NCBI GenBank assembly: GCA_963822445.1
Contig: CAWGHO010000003.1
Location: 1,056,001-1,120,000 of the forward strand
Direction: 5' to 3'
Source of the DNA: an uncultured Acidobacteriota bacterium
GTDB lineage: Bacteria; Acidobacteriota; Thermoanaerobaculia; Gp7-AA8
Length of the DNA: 64,000 nt
Shown here: piece by piece, positions 27,926-37,868 of the stretch
Layout of the letters: each line of letters opens with the position of its first letter
Position numbering within the stretch: the stretch's first letter is position 1
Program-made: the position numbers and the translations under genes
The notes under the pieces: model-generated
The model's database searches: none
What the model was told of the DNA's origin: nothing
The model's input: the letters and a program-made list of their open reading frames with translations, nothing else

Positions 27926-29287
27926 GTGAAGATTGCCGTCCTCACGCCGCTGCCTCCGACCAAAACAGGGGTGGCGCACTACGCGTCGCTGCTATTGCCG
28001 GAGCTGGCAAAGCAAGTAGAGGTGCAGGCCTTTCCATCGCTCGATGGCTATCGCCGCGCCGACTTCAATCACGTGGTCTATCAGCTCGGCAACAACCCGC
28101 ATCACGAGGCGATGTACGCCGAAGCGATGCGCGAGCCGGGCGTGGTCGTGCTGCACGACCTCGTGCTGCATCACCTGATCGTGGAGATGACTCTGGCCCG
28201 CGGCGACGTCGAGGGCTACGTCGCGGCCCTGGAAGCGAATCACGGCGCGGCCGGCGCGGCCTGGGCGCGAGGACGCGCTGCGGGACTGCACAGCGAAATG
28301 GGCAACTTCCTTCTGCCCGCCTCGGTCGATGTCGCGAATCGCTCCCGCGCGGTGATCGTGCACAACCAGTACGCCGCGGATCGCCTGCGATCGTTCGGGG
28401 TGACGACGCCGATTCGCGTCGTGCCGCATCCGTACGTTCCCGAGACACGAACGTTCGATCGCGACGCGATCCGCGAACGCCTCGGACTGACCGGCCGTCG
28501 CGTGATCGGCTTCTTCGGCTTTCTGACGTCGGCCAAGCGTGCCGAGGTTGTGTTGGAGGCGTTTCGGCGGGCGAAGGATCCGAACCTGGCGCTGCTGATC
28601 GTCGGCGAGCCCGCGCCGAACATCGAACTGCCGCGAGGCGAAGGGATCGTGACGACGGGATATGTCGCGGATGAAGATTTTCCCGCGTACTACGCCGCCG
28701 CCGATCGCCTCGTGAACCTGCGCTATCCCACCGCCGGCGAAACCTCGGGCACGCTGATCCGCGCGCTCGACGCCGGAAAACCGGTGGCCGTGAGCGATTA
28801 CGCGCAGTTCGCCGAGTTGCCGGATGACGTCGCCGTCAGAGTGCCGCTGGGGGCGGGGGAGGTGGAGGCGCTGGTGGAGTTCTTCACTGGCGATCTCGCC
28901 GACACGTCGCGAGCGCAGAGAGCGTGGTTGGAAGCGAACGCGCGGGTGGAGCTGACAGTGGATGGGTATCTCTCCGCGTTGGAGTGCGGTGGCTCTGCCA
29001 CCTCTTTGGAAAGCAGCGGCAGAGCCGCCGCACTCCAACTCTTTCCAAAGCTTCAGTTGGAAGGCACGACCATCCGCAACGTCGGCACGTCCACCATCCG
29101 CACCCGCACCTACGGCCAACCCGAGCTCCGCCTCATCCATCGTTCAGCAAGGGGCGACCAATGGCTCGTGCTCCCATGCGATCTCCATCCCGGCGAAGCC
29201 GCGGAAATCGGCGTAACCGGCAAGGTCTGCATCGCCCTGCAGGGCATTCCTCTCGTCGCGCTCGAAGAGGTTCCGCGTGTTCGATGA
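27926..29287 (+). CDS. Glycosyltransferase family 4
   Basis: PLPPTKTGVAHY, YQLGNN.HH, VVLHD, NLRYPTAGETSG; GTG start at 27926. Confidence 0.88.
   Translation: MKIAVLTPLPPTKTGVAHYASLLLPELAKQVEVQAFPSLDGYRRADFNHVVYQLGNNPHHEAMYAEAMREPGVVVLHDLVLHHLIVEMTLARGDVEGYVAALEANHGAAGAAWARGRAAGLHSEMGNFLLPASVDVANRSRAVIVHNQYAADRLRSFGVTTPIRVVPHPYVPETRTFDRDAIRERLGLTGRRVIGFFGFLTSAKRAEVVLEAFRRAKDPNLALLIVGEPAPNIELPRGEGIVTTGYVADEDFPAYYAAADRLVNLRYPTAGETSGTLIRALDAGKPVAVSDYAQFAELPDDVAVRVPLGAGEVEALVEFFTGDLADTSRAQRAWLEANARVELTVDGYLSALECGGSATSLESSGRAAALQLFPKLQLEGTTIRNVGTSTIRTRTYGQPELRLIHRSARGDQWLVLPCDLHPGEAAEIGVTGKVCIALQGIPLVALEEVPRVR
28979..29038. repeat. REP-like palindrome in frame within the glycosyltransferase
   Basis: TTGGAGTGCGG...CCGCACTCCAA, exactly 60 bp encoding LECGGSATSLESSGRAAALQ. 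Confidence 0.75.
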
Positions 29288-29849
29288 CGCGGCGCTGGAA
29301 CGGCTCAAAGAGATCCTCGCCCGCCGCCCTGCCATCGAGATCGACGCACCGCAGCATCGCCGCGCCTGCGTACTCATCCCGCTGATCCGCAATGCGGGCG
29401 GCTGGTCGATTCTGTTCACCCGCCGCGCTGAGAACCTTGCCGCGCACGGCGGACAGATCGCCTTTCCGGGCGGCGCGGTCGAGGCGGACGAGCTGCTCGA
29501 GGATGCCGCGTTACGGGAGGCCGAGGAGGAGGTGGGGATACCTCGGCGTCACGTGGAGCTGATCGGGCGCCTGGACGACGTCATCACCCACAGCGGCTTT
29601 CTCGTCGCGCCGTTCGCCGGCGTGATTCACGAGCGGATCGAGTACGTGATGCAGGAGTCGGAGGTCGTGGAGATCTTCGAGGTTCCGATCGAAGCGCTGC
29701 TCGACATCAGGAACCCGGAAGTCCGCTACGTCCCGTTCCGGAACAAGCGCTATCCGGCGTACTTTTATCACCACGGACCGTACGAGATCTGGGGTTTGAC
29801 GGGACGGATGTTGAAGGCGTTTCTCGACCTGGTTTGGACCGCTACTTAA
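29277..29849 (+). CDS. Nudix hydrolase, CoA pyrophosphatase (NudL-like)
   Basis: LFTRRA..L..HGGQIAFPGG, Nudix box ALREAEEEVG, IWGLT. Confidence 0.92.
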   Translation: MFDDAALERLKEILARRPAIEIDAPQHRRACVLIPLIRNAGGWSILFTRRAENLAAHGGQIAFPGGAVEADELLEDAALREAEEEVGIPRRHVELIGRLDDVITHSGFLVAPFAGVIHERIEYVMQESEVVEIFEVPIEALLDIRNPEVRYVPFRNKRYPAYFYHHGPYEIWGLTGRMLKAFLDLVWTAT

Positions 29850-30888
29850 GCAGCTTGTCCACGTACTCGGCCAGCGCCTTGCCGTCCTGCCCCTCATCCA
29901 CGAGCACGCCGTTGACCATATAGGTCGGCGTGCCGCGCACCTCGTTCGACAGCGCGGTGCCGGCGCCTTTCAGGATCTCGTTCTTCAGCGTCTCGGACGC
30001 GAGGTCGGCGTCGTACTTCGCGAGATCGATCTCGTTCTCCGACGCGAAGGCACGGGCCCAATCCCAGAACGAGAAGGCGTTGAGCTTGTCCTGATTGGCG
30101 TAGACCTGCTTCTTGTACTCCCAGAACAGGTCGGGCTTCTGGCGATAAATCGCCCGGCCGGCCAGCGCCGCGCCGAATGCCCAGGGATGACCTTCGAGGG
30201 GCATGTCGAAGCGGATGTAACGAACTTTGCCGTTGTGCCTGGTGAGGATCGGATCGACGAAGCCCGATGCACGCTTGCAGGACGGGCATTCGAAGTCGGA
30301 GAACTCGATGATCGTCACTGCCGCGTCAGCCGCGCCGCGCGTCGGCGATTTGGCGAGCAGGCTCTCGAACGTCTTGAGGCGCAGGGCGCGGAGGTTCTCG
30401 CCGCTGCGGAACTGCCCGAGGAAGAACATCTTCCCTTCGGCATCGAACACGCCGTCGAGGGGCACCTTTCCGTTCTCGGTCACCTGAAGCAGCGTCGCCC
30501 TCCGTAAGCCATCGACCGTCGGTTCAGGCTCGACCACGGCGGTGGCATTCATCTGAAAGTTGCGCCAGACGAAGGCCTTGATCCGTTCCTCGGCCGTCTT
30601 GCCCTCTTCGTTGCTGAGCGTCCAGGGCATGCCCAGGTAGACCGCGCCGGAGGGGGCGAGCACGCCACCCATCTGGCTGTCGCAACGATGGTTCTCGCTC
30701 TCGACCTTCACGATCGCGCCTTTGAAGCGCGGCGGGAGCTTGACCTGCATGTCCTCGAACGTGACCTTGCCGCCCTCGCAGACGGTGAGGGACTCACGCA
30801 GGATGCGATCGAGCTTCGGATCGACCTCGGCCGCAAGTGCAGCAGTCGACGAGACGAGGAGAGCGCAGACGAGCAGGTGGCGTTTCAC
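29842..30888 (-). CDS. Periplasmic DsbA-like thioredoxin-fold protein
   Basis: Signal peptide from GTG 30888; EFSDFECPSC, cis-Pro motif GTPT. Confidence 0.88.
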   Translation of the reverse strand: MKRHLLVCALLVSSTAALAAEVDPKLDRILRESLTVCEGGKVTFEDMQVKLPPRFKGAIVKVESENHRCDSQMGGVLAPSGAVYLGMPWTLSNEEGKTAEERIKAFVWRNFQMNATAVVEPEPTVDGLRRATLLQVTENGKVPLDGVFDAEGKMFFLGQFRSGENLRALRLKTFESLLAKSPTRGAADAAVTIIEFSDFECPSCKRASGFVDPILTRHNGKVRYIRFDMPLEGHPWAFGAALAGRAIYRQKPDLFWEYKKQVYANQDKLNAFSFWDWARAFASENEIDLAKYDADLASETLKNEILKGAGTALSNEVRGTPTYMVNGVLVDEGQDGKALAEYVDKLLK

Positions 30889-30929
30889 GCGCGGTGAAAC
30901 GGGGGATGGCGGGGGCGGCATTCCGGATT

Positions 30930-30997
30930 GGTAGGCGGTAGGCCGGTTCCCCTGCCTACCGCCTACTGCAGGCGCCAGCGGCGCCGTACCGCCTACT
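30930..30997. repeat. GGCrGTA/TACyGCC heptamer palindromic element
   Basis: GTAGGCGGTAGG...CCTACCGCCTAC; same family as 32161, 42774 and 61121. Confidence 0.7.
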
Positions 30998-31439
30998 AAT
31001 TGTTCGGAGGTGCTTCGGAGATGTTCTCGACAGCCTTGCCGACCCGGCCGTCCTGGCTCGAGTTGGTGGCGATGTCGCCGAGGGAGACGATGCCGACGAG
31101 CTCGTTGTTGCCGTTGACCACCGGCAGACGGCGGATCTCGGCGCTGCCCATCAGATCGAGCACTTCTGTCAGCGGCGTGTCTTCCTTCACGCTGCGGACG
31201 CTCTTGGTCATGATCTCGTTCACCTTCACGCTCGATACGTCCCGCCCCTCGGCGATGCCGCGGACGACGATGTCGCGATCGGTGATCAGACCGATGATCC
31301 TCTTTCCGTCGACGACCGGCACCACGCCGGTGTCCTGTTCCTTCATGATCCGAGCGACGTCACTGATGCTGTCCCGCTCCGAGACGCACTCCGGGTTGGG
31401 CGTCATCACGTCGCGCACATGGCGAGTTTCTTTGGCCAT
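30996..31439 (-). CDS. CBS domain protein
   Basis: Two CBS repeats (VRDVMTPNP, GLITDRDI, IRRLPVV, GIVSLGDI); SD AAGGAGG before ATG 31439. Confidence 0.92.
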   Translation of the reverse strand: MAKETRHVRDVMTPNPECVSERDSISDVARIMKEQDTGVVPVVDGKRIIGLITDRDIVVRGIAEGRDVSSVKVNEIMTKSVRSVKEDTPLTEVLDLMGSAEIRRLPVVNGNNELVGIVSLGDIATNSSQDGRVGKAVENISEAPPNN

Positions 31440-31469
31440 TTGTTCCTCCTTCAAACAACAGAAGGAGAG

Positions 31470-31485
31470 AGCAATGTCCGAGCCC
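31470..31485 (-). promoter_or_regulatory. Putative sigma54 -24/-12 promoter of the CBS gene
   Basis: GGGCTCGGACATTGCT = GG-N10-GC with TTGC. Confidence 0.5.
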
Positions 31486-31486
31486 G

Positions 31487-32113
31487 TTAGAAAGCGAGCC
31501 GGAGGCCGCCGGTGAGCGTGAAATACCGCGGTGAGAAGTGGCCGCGGGACATGTGGTACGTCGCTTCCACAATTGCACCGTATTTGCGCGAGATCGGGAA
31601 ATCGGCGTTCACGCCGAACTGAAAACCGTAGTCGCTATCGGACTCGACCTCTTCGTCATCGGCCGAGTGCCGGTAAAAGCCGAGACCGCCAAAGATCGAC
31701 GTGCGGCCGTACGGCTCATCGAAGCGATATTCGATGACTGCCGAGGCATGCTGAACCTCGCCTTCGACGTCGCGGCGGAAGAAACGCGGTCCCGTTTCCT
31801 CGGGCTTCTTGGGATCGAAGGTCGGATTGTCGATCCGGAAGGCGACCGGGCCCTCCAGCCGGCCGACCTTGAACTTGAGGCGCGTGGCCTCTTCGATCTC
31901 CATCGCCCAGTAGAGATCGATGGCGCTGTTGCTCAGCGACAGCTCGTTGTCGAGAAATTCGCGCCTTTCATCGCTGTCCGGGATCGGCTCGCCGAGGCCC
32001 GACTCGATGAAGCGGCGGCTGCCGCCGATGAGAACACCGAACTCGGTGTGCTGCGCAAACGTGGGGACCGCGACCATAAGGGCCAGCAGGGTCAGGAAGA
32101 TGGCTCGTTTCAT
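31487..32113 (-). CDS. Outer-membrane beta-barrel protein (small, OmpW/OmpA-barrel-like)
   Basis: Signal peptide MKRAIF..PTFA; amphipathic strands; C-terminal GLRLAF. Confidence 0.82.
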   Translation of the reverse strand: MKRAIFLTLLALMVAVPTFAQHTEFGVLIGGSRRFIESGLGEPIPDSDERREFLDNELSLSNSAIDLYWAMEIEEATRLKFKVGRLEGPVAFRIDNPTFDPKKPEETGPRFFRRDVEGEVQHASAVIEYRFDEPYGRTSIFGGLGFYRHSADDEEVESDSDYGFQFGVNADFPISRKYGAIVEATYHMSRGHFSPRYFTLTGGLRLAF

Positions 32114-32160
32114 GGGCGCGACTATAAGCGAAGGATTCATGCAGTGTCACTCCTTGGTTG

Positions 32161-32235
32161 AGTAGGCAGTCGGCAGTGGGCAGTAGGCAGTGGAACCACG
32201 TGCTCCTGCCTACCGCCTACTGCCTACTGCCTACT
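32161..32235. repeat. Inverted array of GGCAGTA heptamers
   Basis: AGTAGGCAGTCGGCAGTGGGCAGTAGGCAG...CTGCCTACCGCCTACTGCCTACTGCCTACT. Confidence 0.85.
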
Positions 32236-32246
32236 AAAATGCGTCC

Positions 32247-32972
32247 GTGCTGAGGCTGGCGAGCGCGTTGTCTGTAGTAGGACGCGAGGCGGTCCGAATC
32301 GTTCTGCCTTCCTGGTGCGTGGTCTGCGAATCGGAGCTTCCCTGGCGGGACCGGACGGCCTCGTGCTGCGGGACCTGCTGGTCCACTCTGCCCAGGATCA
32401 CCACCCCCAAATGCACCTCCTGCGCGCTGCCGATTCCGGCCGCCGAAGCCCTCTGCATCGAGTGCATGGCCGATCCGCTGCCCGTCGCCTGGTGCGAGGC
32501 CTGGGGCGAGTATCGCGATGGCCTGGCCAGCCTGCTCCAGGCCCTCAAGTTCCAGCGCCACGATTTTCTCGATGACGCCCTGGCCTCGCTGCTCGAGGAG
32601 ACCGTTCGCGCTCGCGACGTCACCTTCGATGCCGTGGCCGGCGTTCCCATGCAGCGGAAGAAGGAGCGCCGCCGCGGTTACAACCAGGCCGAGCTCCTGG
32701 CGCGGGCCCTGGCGCGCCGCATCGACGTCCCCTGCGACATGTCCCTGCTCGCGCCGCGAGGCGACCGAGCCGCGCAGTCGACGCTGGCCCGTCGCGATCG
32801 GGCCGTGAACGTCCGCGGCGCCTTCTCTGCCTCTCCGAAAGCGCAAGGCAAGTCCGTGCTCATCGTCGACGACATCTGCACGACCGCGGCGACCCTCCGC
32901 GCGTGCGCGGCGGCCCTGATCGAAGCCGGCGCGCAACGCGTTTGTGCGGTTGCCGTAGCCAGAGCCCTCTGA
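32247..32972 (+). CDS. comF: ComF family protein (double zinc ribbon + PRT domain)
   Basis: Four CxxC; RRGYNQAE; LIVDDICTTAATL. Confidence 0.9.
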   Translation: MLRLASALSVVGREAVRIVLPSWCVVCESELPWRDRTASCCGTCWSTLPRITTPKCTSCALPIPAAEALCIECMADPLPVAWCEAWGEYRDGLASLLQALKFQRHDFLDDALASLLEETVRARDVTFDAVAGVPMQRKKERRRGYNQAELLARALARRIDVPCDMSLLAPRGDRAAQSTLARRDRAVNVRGAFSASPKAQGKSVLIVDDICTTAATLRACAAALIEAGAQRVCAVAVARAL

Positions 32973-32993
32973 CGCCGTTAGAATGCGCGCCGT

Positions 32994-33914
32994 TTGTTCC
33001 GCGCATTCTTCATCGCTCTCTCCGAAAGCCGCATGCTCCGCGCGATTGCCGAACGCTCTCGCATCGGCCGCCGGCTCTCCATGCGCTTTGTCGCGGGCAT
33101 GAGCGTGGAAGACGCTCTCGCGGCCACCGCCGCCACGAACGCCCGCGGCATGAGTGTCAGCGTCGACAACCTCGGCGAGAACGTCACCAACCTCGAGGAG
33201 GCGCGCGAGAGCGCTCACCTGTATCACGAGATGGTCGACGCCATCACCGCGCGGAAGATGAACGCGAACGTCAGTCTGAAGCTGACGCACATGGGGCTCG
33301 ACGTCGACGAGAAAGCGTCGCGCGTCATCGTGAACGAAGTCGTGGCCCACGCGGCGCGGCAGAAGAACTTCGTCCGCATCGACATGGAAGGCTCGCCGTA
33401 CACGCAGAAGACGCTGGACATCGTTCGCGAGCTGCACGCGCAGCCGGGCAACGCGGGATCGGTCGGCGCGGTCATCCAGGCCTACCTCCATCGCAGCCAG
33501 AAGGACGTCGAAGAGCTTTGCGCCGAGGGGATCCGAATTCGTCTGTGCAAAGGGGCTTACAAGGAACCGCCGGAGATCGCGTATCAGGATAAGGCCGACG
33601 TCGACGCGAATTTCGTGAAGCTCATGCAGATCATGCTCAAGAGCGGCACGTACCACGGCATCGCCACGCATGATCCGAAGATGATCGACGCCACGATCGA
33701 CTTCGCGCGCCGCGAGAAGATCGCCCCGTCGTCGTTCGAGTTCCAGATGCTCTACGGCGTGCGCCGCGATCTGCAGGAAAAATTGGTCCGCGACGGCTGG
33801 GGCATGCGCGTGTACATCCCGTTCGGCACGGAGTGGTATCCGTACCTGATGCGGCGGCTCGCCGAGCGGCCCGCGAACGCCATCTTCATCCTGAAAAACC
33901 TCTTCCGGAGGTAA
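32994..33914 (+). CDS. Monofunctional proline dehydrogenase
   Basis: RFVAG, LGEN, SLKLT, RIDME, RLCKGAY, IATHD, EFQMLYG, RRLAERPAN. Confidence 0.95.
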   Translation: MFRAFFIALSESRMLRAIAERSRIGRRLSMRFVAGMSVEDALAATAATNARGMSVSVDNLGENVTNLEEARESAHLYHEMVDAITARKMNANVSLKLTHMGLDVDEKASRVIVNEVVAHAARQKNFVRIDMEGSPYTQKTLDIVRELHAQPGNAGSVGAVIQAYLHRSQKDVEELCAEGIRIRLCKGAYKEPPEIAYQDKADVDANFVKLMQIMLKSGTYHGIATHDPKMIDATIDFARREKIAPSSFEFQMLYGVRRDLQEKLVRDGWGMRVYIPFGTEWYPYLMRRLAERPANAIFILKNLFRR

Positions 33915-35165
33915 ATGGACCGCCGCCCGCGCAGCCTCACGCTGCTCGCCCTCTTTTTCGCGATTGGCCTCTGCGCCCTCGCGTACATGTGGGCGACCGT
34001 TCACCAGCGCAAGGACGCGGACTTCGAGGGCAGACCCGCTTCGAGGTTGATCCGCACGGAAATGCTGCAGTGGAAACAGCACGGCTACTTTGCGTCGTAC
34101 GGCCTGCTCGTCCCGACCAGCGATCCCCACCGGCTTTACCGGTCATGGCCCGGTGACTTCATGCTCCCCTCCTACGTCCTGGTGCTCGTCGGAGGCTTCG
34201 ACTGGCGTGCACTCGGGCTCTATCAGCTCCTCGTTTCGCTCCTGGCCGCGTCGCTCCTGGCGCTGCTCGCGTACCGGCTGGCGATTCGTGCCGGCGTCAA
34301 ACCGCTTCACGCCTTCGTGCTTGCGGTGGGCCTGGAGATGGTGCAATTCACGTTTCCGGGGAACGTCACGATCTTCTGGGGGATGACGGCGCAGATGATG
34401 TGGCTCGTCTTCGCGCTCCTGTTCCTGCTGATCGAGGAACGGGCCGTCGAGAGCCGCACACGGCGCATGGAAATTTGTGAGGCGGTGCTGGTCTTCGCGA
34501 TGGTCCGGGTGCAGTACGTGTACGCGATGATGTTTCTCGCCGTGTACGTCGCGGTCCTCTTCGTCATGCGCGACGAGCGGCCCTCGCTCAGCCGGATCGT
34601 GCGCACGATCGTGGTGCCGGCAGTGGCCGCCCTGGTCATCTTCGCGGGCCAGCTCACGCTCGCGAAATACGACCCCGACGTGAAGCTCTTCGGGTCGCGA
34701 TTCTTGTATCGAACAGGCCTCGATGGCGACGGGGAGCTCTACGGAGATCACCTCGACATCGCCTTCGGCAGGGACTTCATCCGCGCCGAGAGTCCCGGAA
34801 ATCGCCAGTACCTCTTTCGCTGGCCGGTCCTCTTTTTCGCGGGCGCGCTGTCCGTGATCGCGGCGCTGATCGCCTACCTTCGCGATCGGATTCCGCGAAT
34901 GGCCATCGTCGCGCTGATCACGCTCCTCGGCGCGTACGTCCTGCACGCCGCGGTCTTCAGCCAGCTCGTTGCGCTGCATCCCTACCTCTTCGATCCCGTG
35001 CTCGTCCCTCCGCTGATCCTGGCGCTGTTCGGACTCCTGCCCGCACTCGCGGAAGTCCAGACGCGGCGAACAGGCCTCATCACTCTGGTGACGTTTCTGG
35101 CGGCGACGTGGACGTCTTTCTATTCGCTGCGGATCTACGCGCTCTGCTATCCGCTGGCGAATTAA
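33915..35165 (+). CDS. Polytopic membrane protein (possible GT-C-type)
   Basis: 416 aa with about 10 hydrophobic segments; family not recognised. Confidence 0.75.
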   Translation: MDRRPRSLTLLALFFAIGLCALAYMWATVHQRKDADFEGRPASRLIRTEMLQWKQHGYFASYGLLVPTSDPHRLYRSWPGDFMLPSYVLVLVGGFDWRALGLYQLLVSLLAASLLALLAYRLAIRAGVKPLHAFVLAVGLEMVQFTFPGNVTIFWGMTAQMMWLVFALLFLLIEERAVESRTRRMEICEAVLVFAMVRVQYVYAMMFLAVYVAVLFVMRDERPSLSRIVRTIVVPAVAALVIFAGQLTLAKYDPDVKLFGSRFLYRTGLDGDGELYGDHLDIAFGRDFIRAESPGNRQYLFRWPVLFFAGALSVIAALIAYLRDRIPRMAIVALITLLGAYVLHAAVFSQLVALHPYLFDPVLVPPLILALFGLLPALAEVQTRRTGLITLVTFLAATWTSFYSLRIYALCYPLAN

Positions 35166-35174
35166 GATCTGCGG

Positions 35175-36467
35175 ATGATCCTTTCCGCGCTCTTGCTCTC
35201 CGCGACGCTCACTGCCGCGAGTCCCGTCGATCAGGTCCGCGACGCCGAAATTGCGTTTGCCCGCGCGTTTGCGAATCGCGATCAACAAGCATTCTTCGCG
35301 GTGGTCGCCGATGACGCGACCTTCCTCTCCGGCACGACGACATCGTTGGGAAAGCAGCAGATGATCGAGAGCTGGACGCCCTACTTCGCGACGGCCGAGG
35401 CGCCGTTCAGTTGGGCGCCGGACCGGGTTTCGGTTTCGGGTGATGGAACGCTCGGACTCTCCACCGGACCGGTGTACGACGCGCGAGGCAATCACGCCGG
35501 CGACTACATCTCGACGTGGCGTCGCGACGCAAAAGGGCAGTGGAAGATCGTCTTCGACAGCAACGGACCCGGACCCGCTCCGCTGCCCGAGCAGGCGATG
35601 AAGATCGAGGAAGGCTTCATCACCACTCCCGACGGCGTGAAGCTGTTCTACCGGAAGCTCGGGCGCGGTCCGGTCACCGCCATCGTGCCTCTCGATTTCG
35701 TGATGTTCGATCAGGTCAAGCAGTTCGCGAACGTCGCCACGATCATCACTTACGACCTCCGCAACCGCGGCCGCTCGGGCAAGGCGAAGGACGTGACCAT
35801 CCAGGACGATGTGAAGGACCTCGAGACGGTCCGCCAGCATTTCAAGCTCGAGAAGTTCATCCCCATCGGCTTCTCCTACCTTGGCAAGATGGTGATCCTG
35901 TACGCGGTCGAGCATCCGACGCGCGTCTCCCGGATCATCCAGCTCGGCCCCCTCGGCAACAAGCGCATCGACATGCCGGCGTCCCGCGACTTCGGCGCGC
36001 CGGAATCGGTCATCACCGCGTGGCAGGAGATGCAGAAGTCGGGCGGCATCGAGAAGACCCCGCGCGAGGCCTGTCTCGCGCTGGCGAATCTCCTGGCCTA
36101 CTACATGGCCGGCAACCCGAAGAACGCCTCGCGCTTCGACGTGGCCGGTGGCTGCGTGCACGAGAACGAGTGGCCGGTGAACGTGAACCCGCATTTCGCG
36201 TCGCTGATGAAATCGCCCAACGCGGAGCTGAGCGCCGAACAGTTGAAGAAGGTGACCGTGCCCGTGCTCACCATTCACGGAACGAAGGATCGGCAGGCAG
36301 CATACGAAGGTGGAGTGGCCTGGGCGAAGAGCCTGCCCGACGCGCGGCTGGTGACGATCGAAGGTGCCGCGCACGCGATGTGGCTCGATGATCCGGCGAC
36401 GCTGGGCGCGTCGATCAGGCAGTTTCTGCGGGGGCAGTGGCCGCTCGCGGCAAATACGCCTCGCTGA
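35175..36467 (+). CDS. Secreted NTF2-like (DUF4440) + alpha/beta hydrolase fusion
   Basis: N-terminal ..TWRRDAKGQWKIVFD; YDLRNRGRS, GFSYLG nucleophile elbow, HGTKD, AAH. Confidence 0.85.
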   Translation: MILSALLLSATLTAASPVDQVRDAEIAFARAFANRDQQAFFAVVADDATFLSGTTTSLGKQQMIESWTPYFATAEAPFSWAPDRVSVSGDGTLGLSTGPVYDARGNHAGDYISTWRRDAKGQWKIVFDSNGPGPAPLPEQAMKIEEGFITTPDGVKLFYRKLGRGPVTAIVPLDFVMFDQVKQFANVATIITYDLRNRGRSGKAKDVTIQDDVKDLETVRQHFKLEKFIPIGFSYLGKMVILYAVEHPTRVSRIIQLGPLGNKRIDMPASRDFGAPESVITAWQEMQKSGGIEKTPREACLALANLLAYYMAGNPKNASRFDVAGGCVHENEWPVNVNPHFASLMKSPNAELSAEQLKKVTVPVLTIHGTKDRQAAYEGGVAWAKSLPDARLVTIEGAAHAMWLDDPATLGASIRQFLRGQWPLAANTPR

Positions 36468-37365
36468 CATCCCACTGCGGCCGTTCCCGCCAGCGGTCGT
36501 GCACCCAAACCCACTGCTCGGGGTGGCGGCGGATCTGCTCCTCGTATTTGCGTGTGATCTCCGCGGCCAGGGCAATGGGATCGTCGCCTTTGCGGCACTC
36601 CGTCGGCTCGAGGAACTGCGCGTGATGACGGCCATCCGGTAAGCGGTGGATGTACGAAACGGAGATCATCGCCTCCGTCCGGATCGCGAAGTTCACCGGC
36701 CCGATTGGCGTCAGCGCAGGCACGCCGAAGAAGGGAACCTTCACGCTTTCGGTGCGGATGCTCTGATCGAGCACGAACGCGAGCATGCCGCCCTTGCGAA
36801 TGGCCTGAATCATTTCCTTCGCCGAGCTGGAGGTACCGCGGCCGATCGTGCGCACGCCGGCCTTGGCGCGGAGCTCGATGATGTAGCGGTTCATGTCGGG
36901 CTGATCGCGCTCGCGGTGAAGGACGCTGACCGGCCGGCCGTAGGTCCCCATCACGTACGACAGCCACTCCCAGTTGCCGCAGTGGGCGGTGAACATGATC
37001 ACGCCGCGGCCGGAGTCGAGGACCTCGAGAATGCGATCGATGCCGTCGACGATGGTCATCTGCTCGCGCCGGACCGGGTTCATGTTCGGCAGCCAGGCCA
37101 TCTCGAAGAGCGACATGCCGAAGTGGCGGAACATGGCCTGGATGGTCTCGTTCCGCTTCGCCTCGCTCCACTCGGGAAAAGCAATGGCGAGGTTGCGCAG
37201 GGCTTTCTTCCGTTCCCGCCGAACGAGATGCCAGGCCACGCGACCCAATTGCCGGCCGAGGAATTGGCCGATGGGGAGGGGGATGCTGCGGCCGATCGCG
37301 GTGATGATCGCCAGCGCGCGGTAGAGCAGCCGCGCTCTAAATGCTCGCAGCGTCGGGCTTGCCAA
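36415..37365 (-). CDS. Lipid A acyltransferase (LpxL/HtrB family)
   Basis: TAHCGNWE, DQ, VPFFG, PEQWVWVHDRW; follows kdsC. Confidence 0.9.
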   Translation of the reverse strand: MASPTLRAFRARLLYRALAIITAIGRSIPLPIGQFLGRQLGRVAWHLVRRERKKALRNLAIAFPEWSEAKRNETIQAMFRHFGMSLFEMAWLPNMNPVRREQMTIVDGIDRILEVLDSGRGVIMFTAHCGNWEWLSYVMGTYGRPVSVLHRERDQPDMNRYIIELRAKAGVRTIGRGTSSSAKEMIQAIRKGGMLAFVLDQSIRTESVKVPFFGVPALTPIGPVNFAIRTEAMISVSYIHRLPDGRHHAQFLEPTECRKGDDPIALAAEITRKYEEQIRRHPEQWVWVHDRWRERPQWDVSEAYLPRAATAPAETA

Positions 37366-37861
37366 TCGCGAATTCCTTCACCACTGCATCCCACTCGCCG
37401 CGCTCGCGCAGAAGGCGCTCGACGAGCTCGCGGAACGCGCCGCGACCGCCCGCACTCTCCAGCCTCCACGTTGCAGCCGCGAGAACCTCGGGCGCGGCAT
37501 CCGACGGCGCCGCGGAAATCGCGGCGCGGGACATCGGCGCGAGATCGGGGAGGTCGTCGCCGATGTAGGCGATGTGCTCGAAAGGAACGCCCATTTTTTC
37601 GGTCTCGGCGAGCTTGTTCGCCGCACCCTGATGGATCTCGGTGATGCCCAGCTCTTTCGCGCGACGCTCGATGATGGGGGACTGCCGGCTGGTCAAGAGC
37701 GTGACGTTGATTCCCACGCGTTGCGCGAGCTTCACACCGAGCCCGTCGCGGACGTTGAACTCTTTGATCTCGTCACCGGCGGACGTGTAGATGATCCGGC
37801 CGTCGGTCCAGACGCCATCGACGTCGGAGACGATCAATTTGATGTTGGCGGCGCGGGACAT
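37337..37861 (-). CDS. kdsC: KDO 8-phosphate phosphatase
   Basis: DVDGVWTDG, FNVRDG, YIGDDLPD, GGRGAFRE. Confidence 0.93.
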   Translation of the reverse strand: MSRAANIKLIVSDVDGVWTDGRIIYTSAGDEIKEFNVRDGLGVKLAQRVGINVTLLTSRQSPIIERRAKELGITEIHQGAANKLAETEKMGVPFEHIAYIGDDLPDLAPMSRAAISAAPSDAAPEVLAAATWRLESAGGRGAFRELVERLLRERGEWDAVVKEFAIGKPDAASI

Positions 37862-37868
37862 GCTTTCA

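Noticed and set aside
34143-36635. Long alternative-frame ORFs (e.g. 830 aa here; also 32217-34130, 61244-63232, 18577-20163, 47783-49357)
   Set aside because: Antisense shadows of well-supported genes in high-GC DNA, with no motifs and Arg/Ala-rich composition
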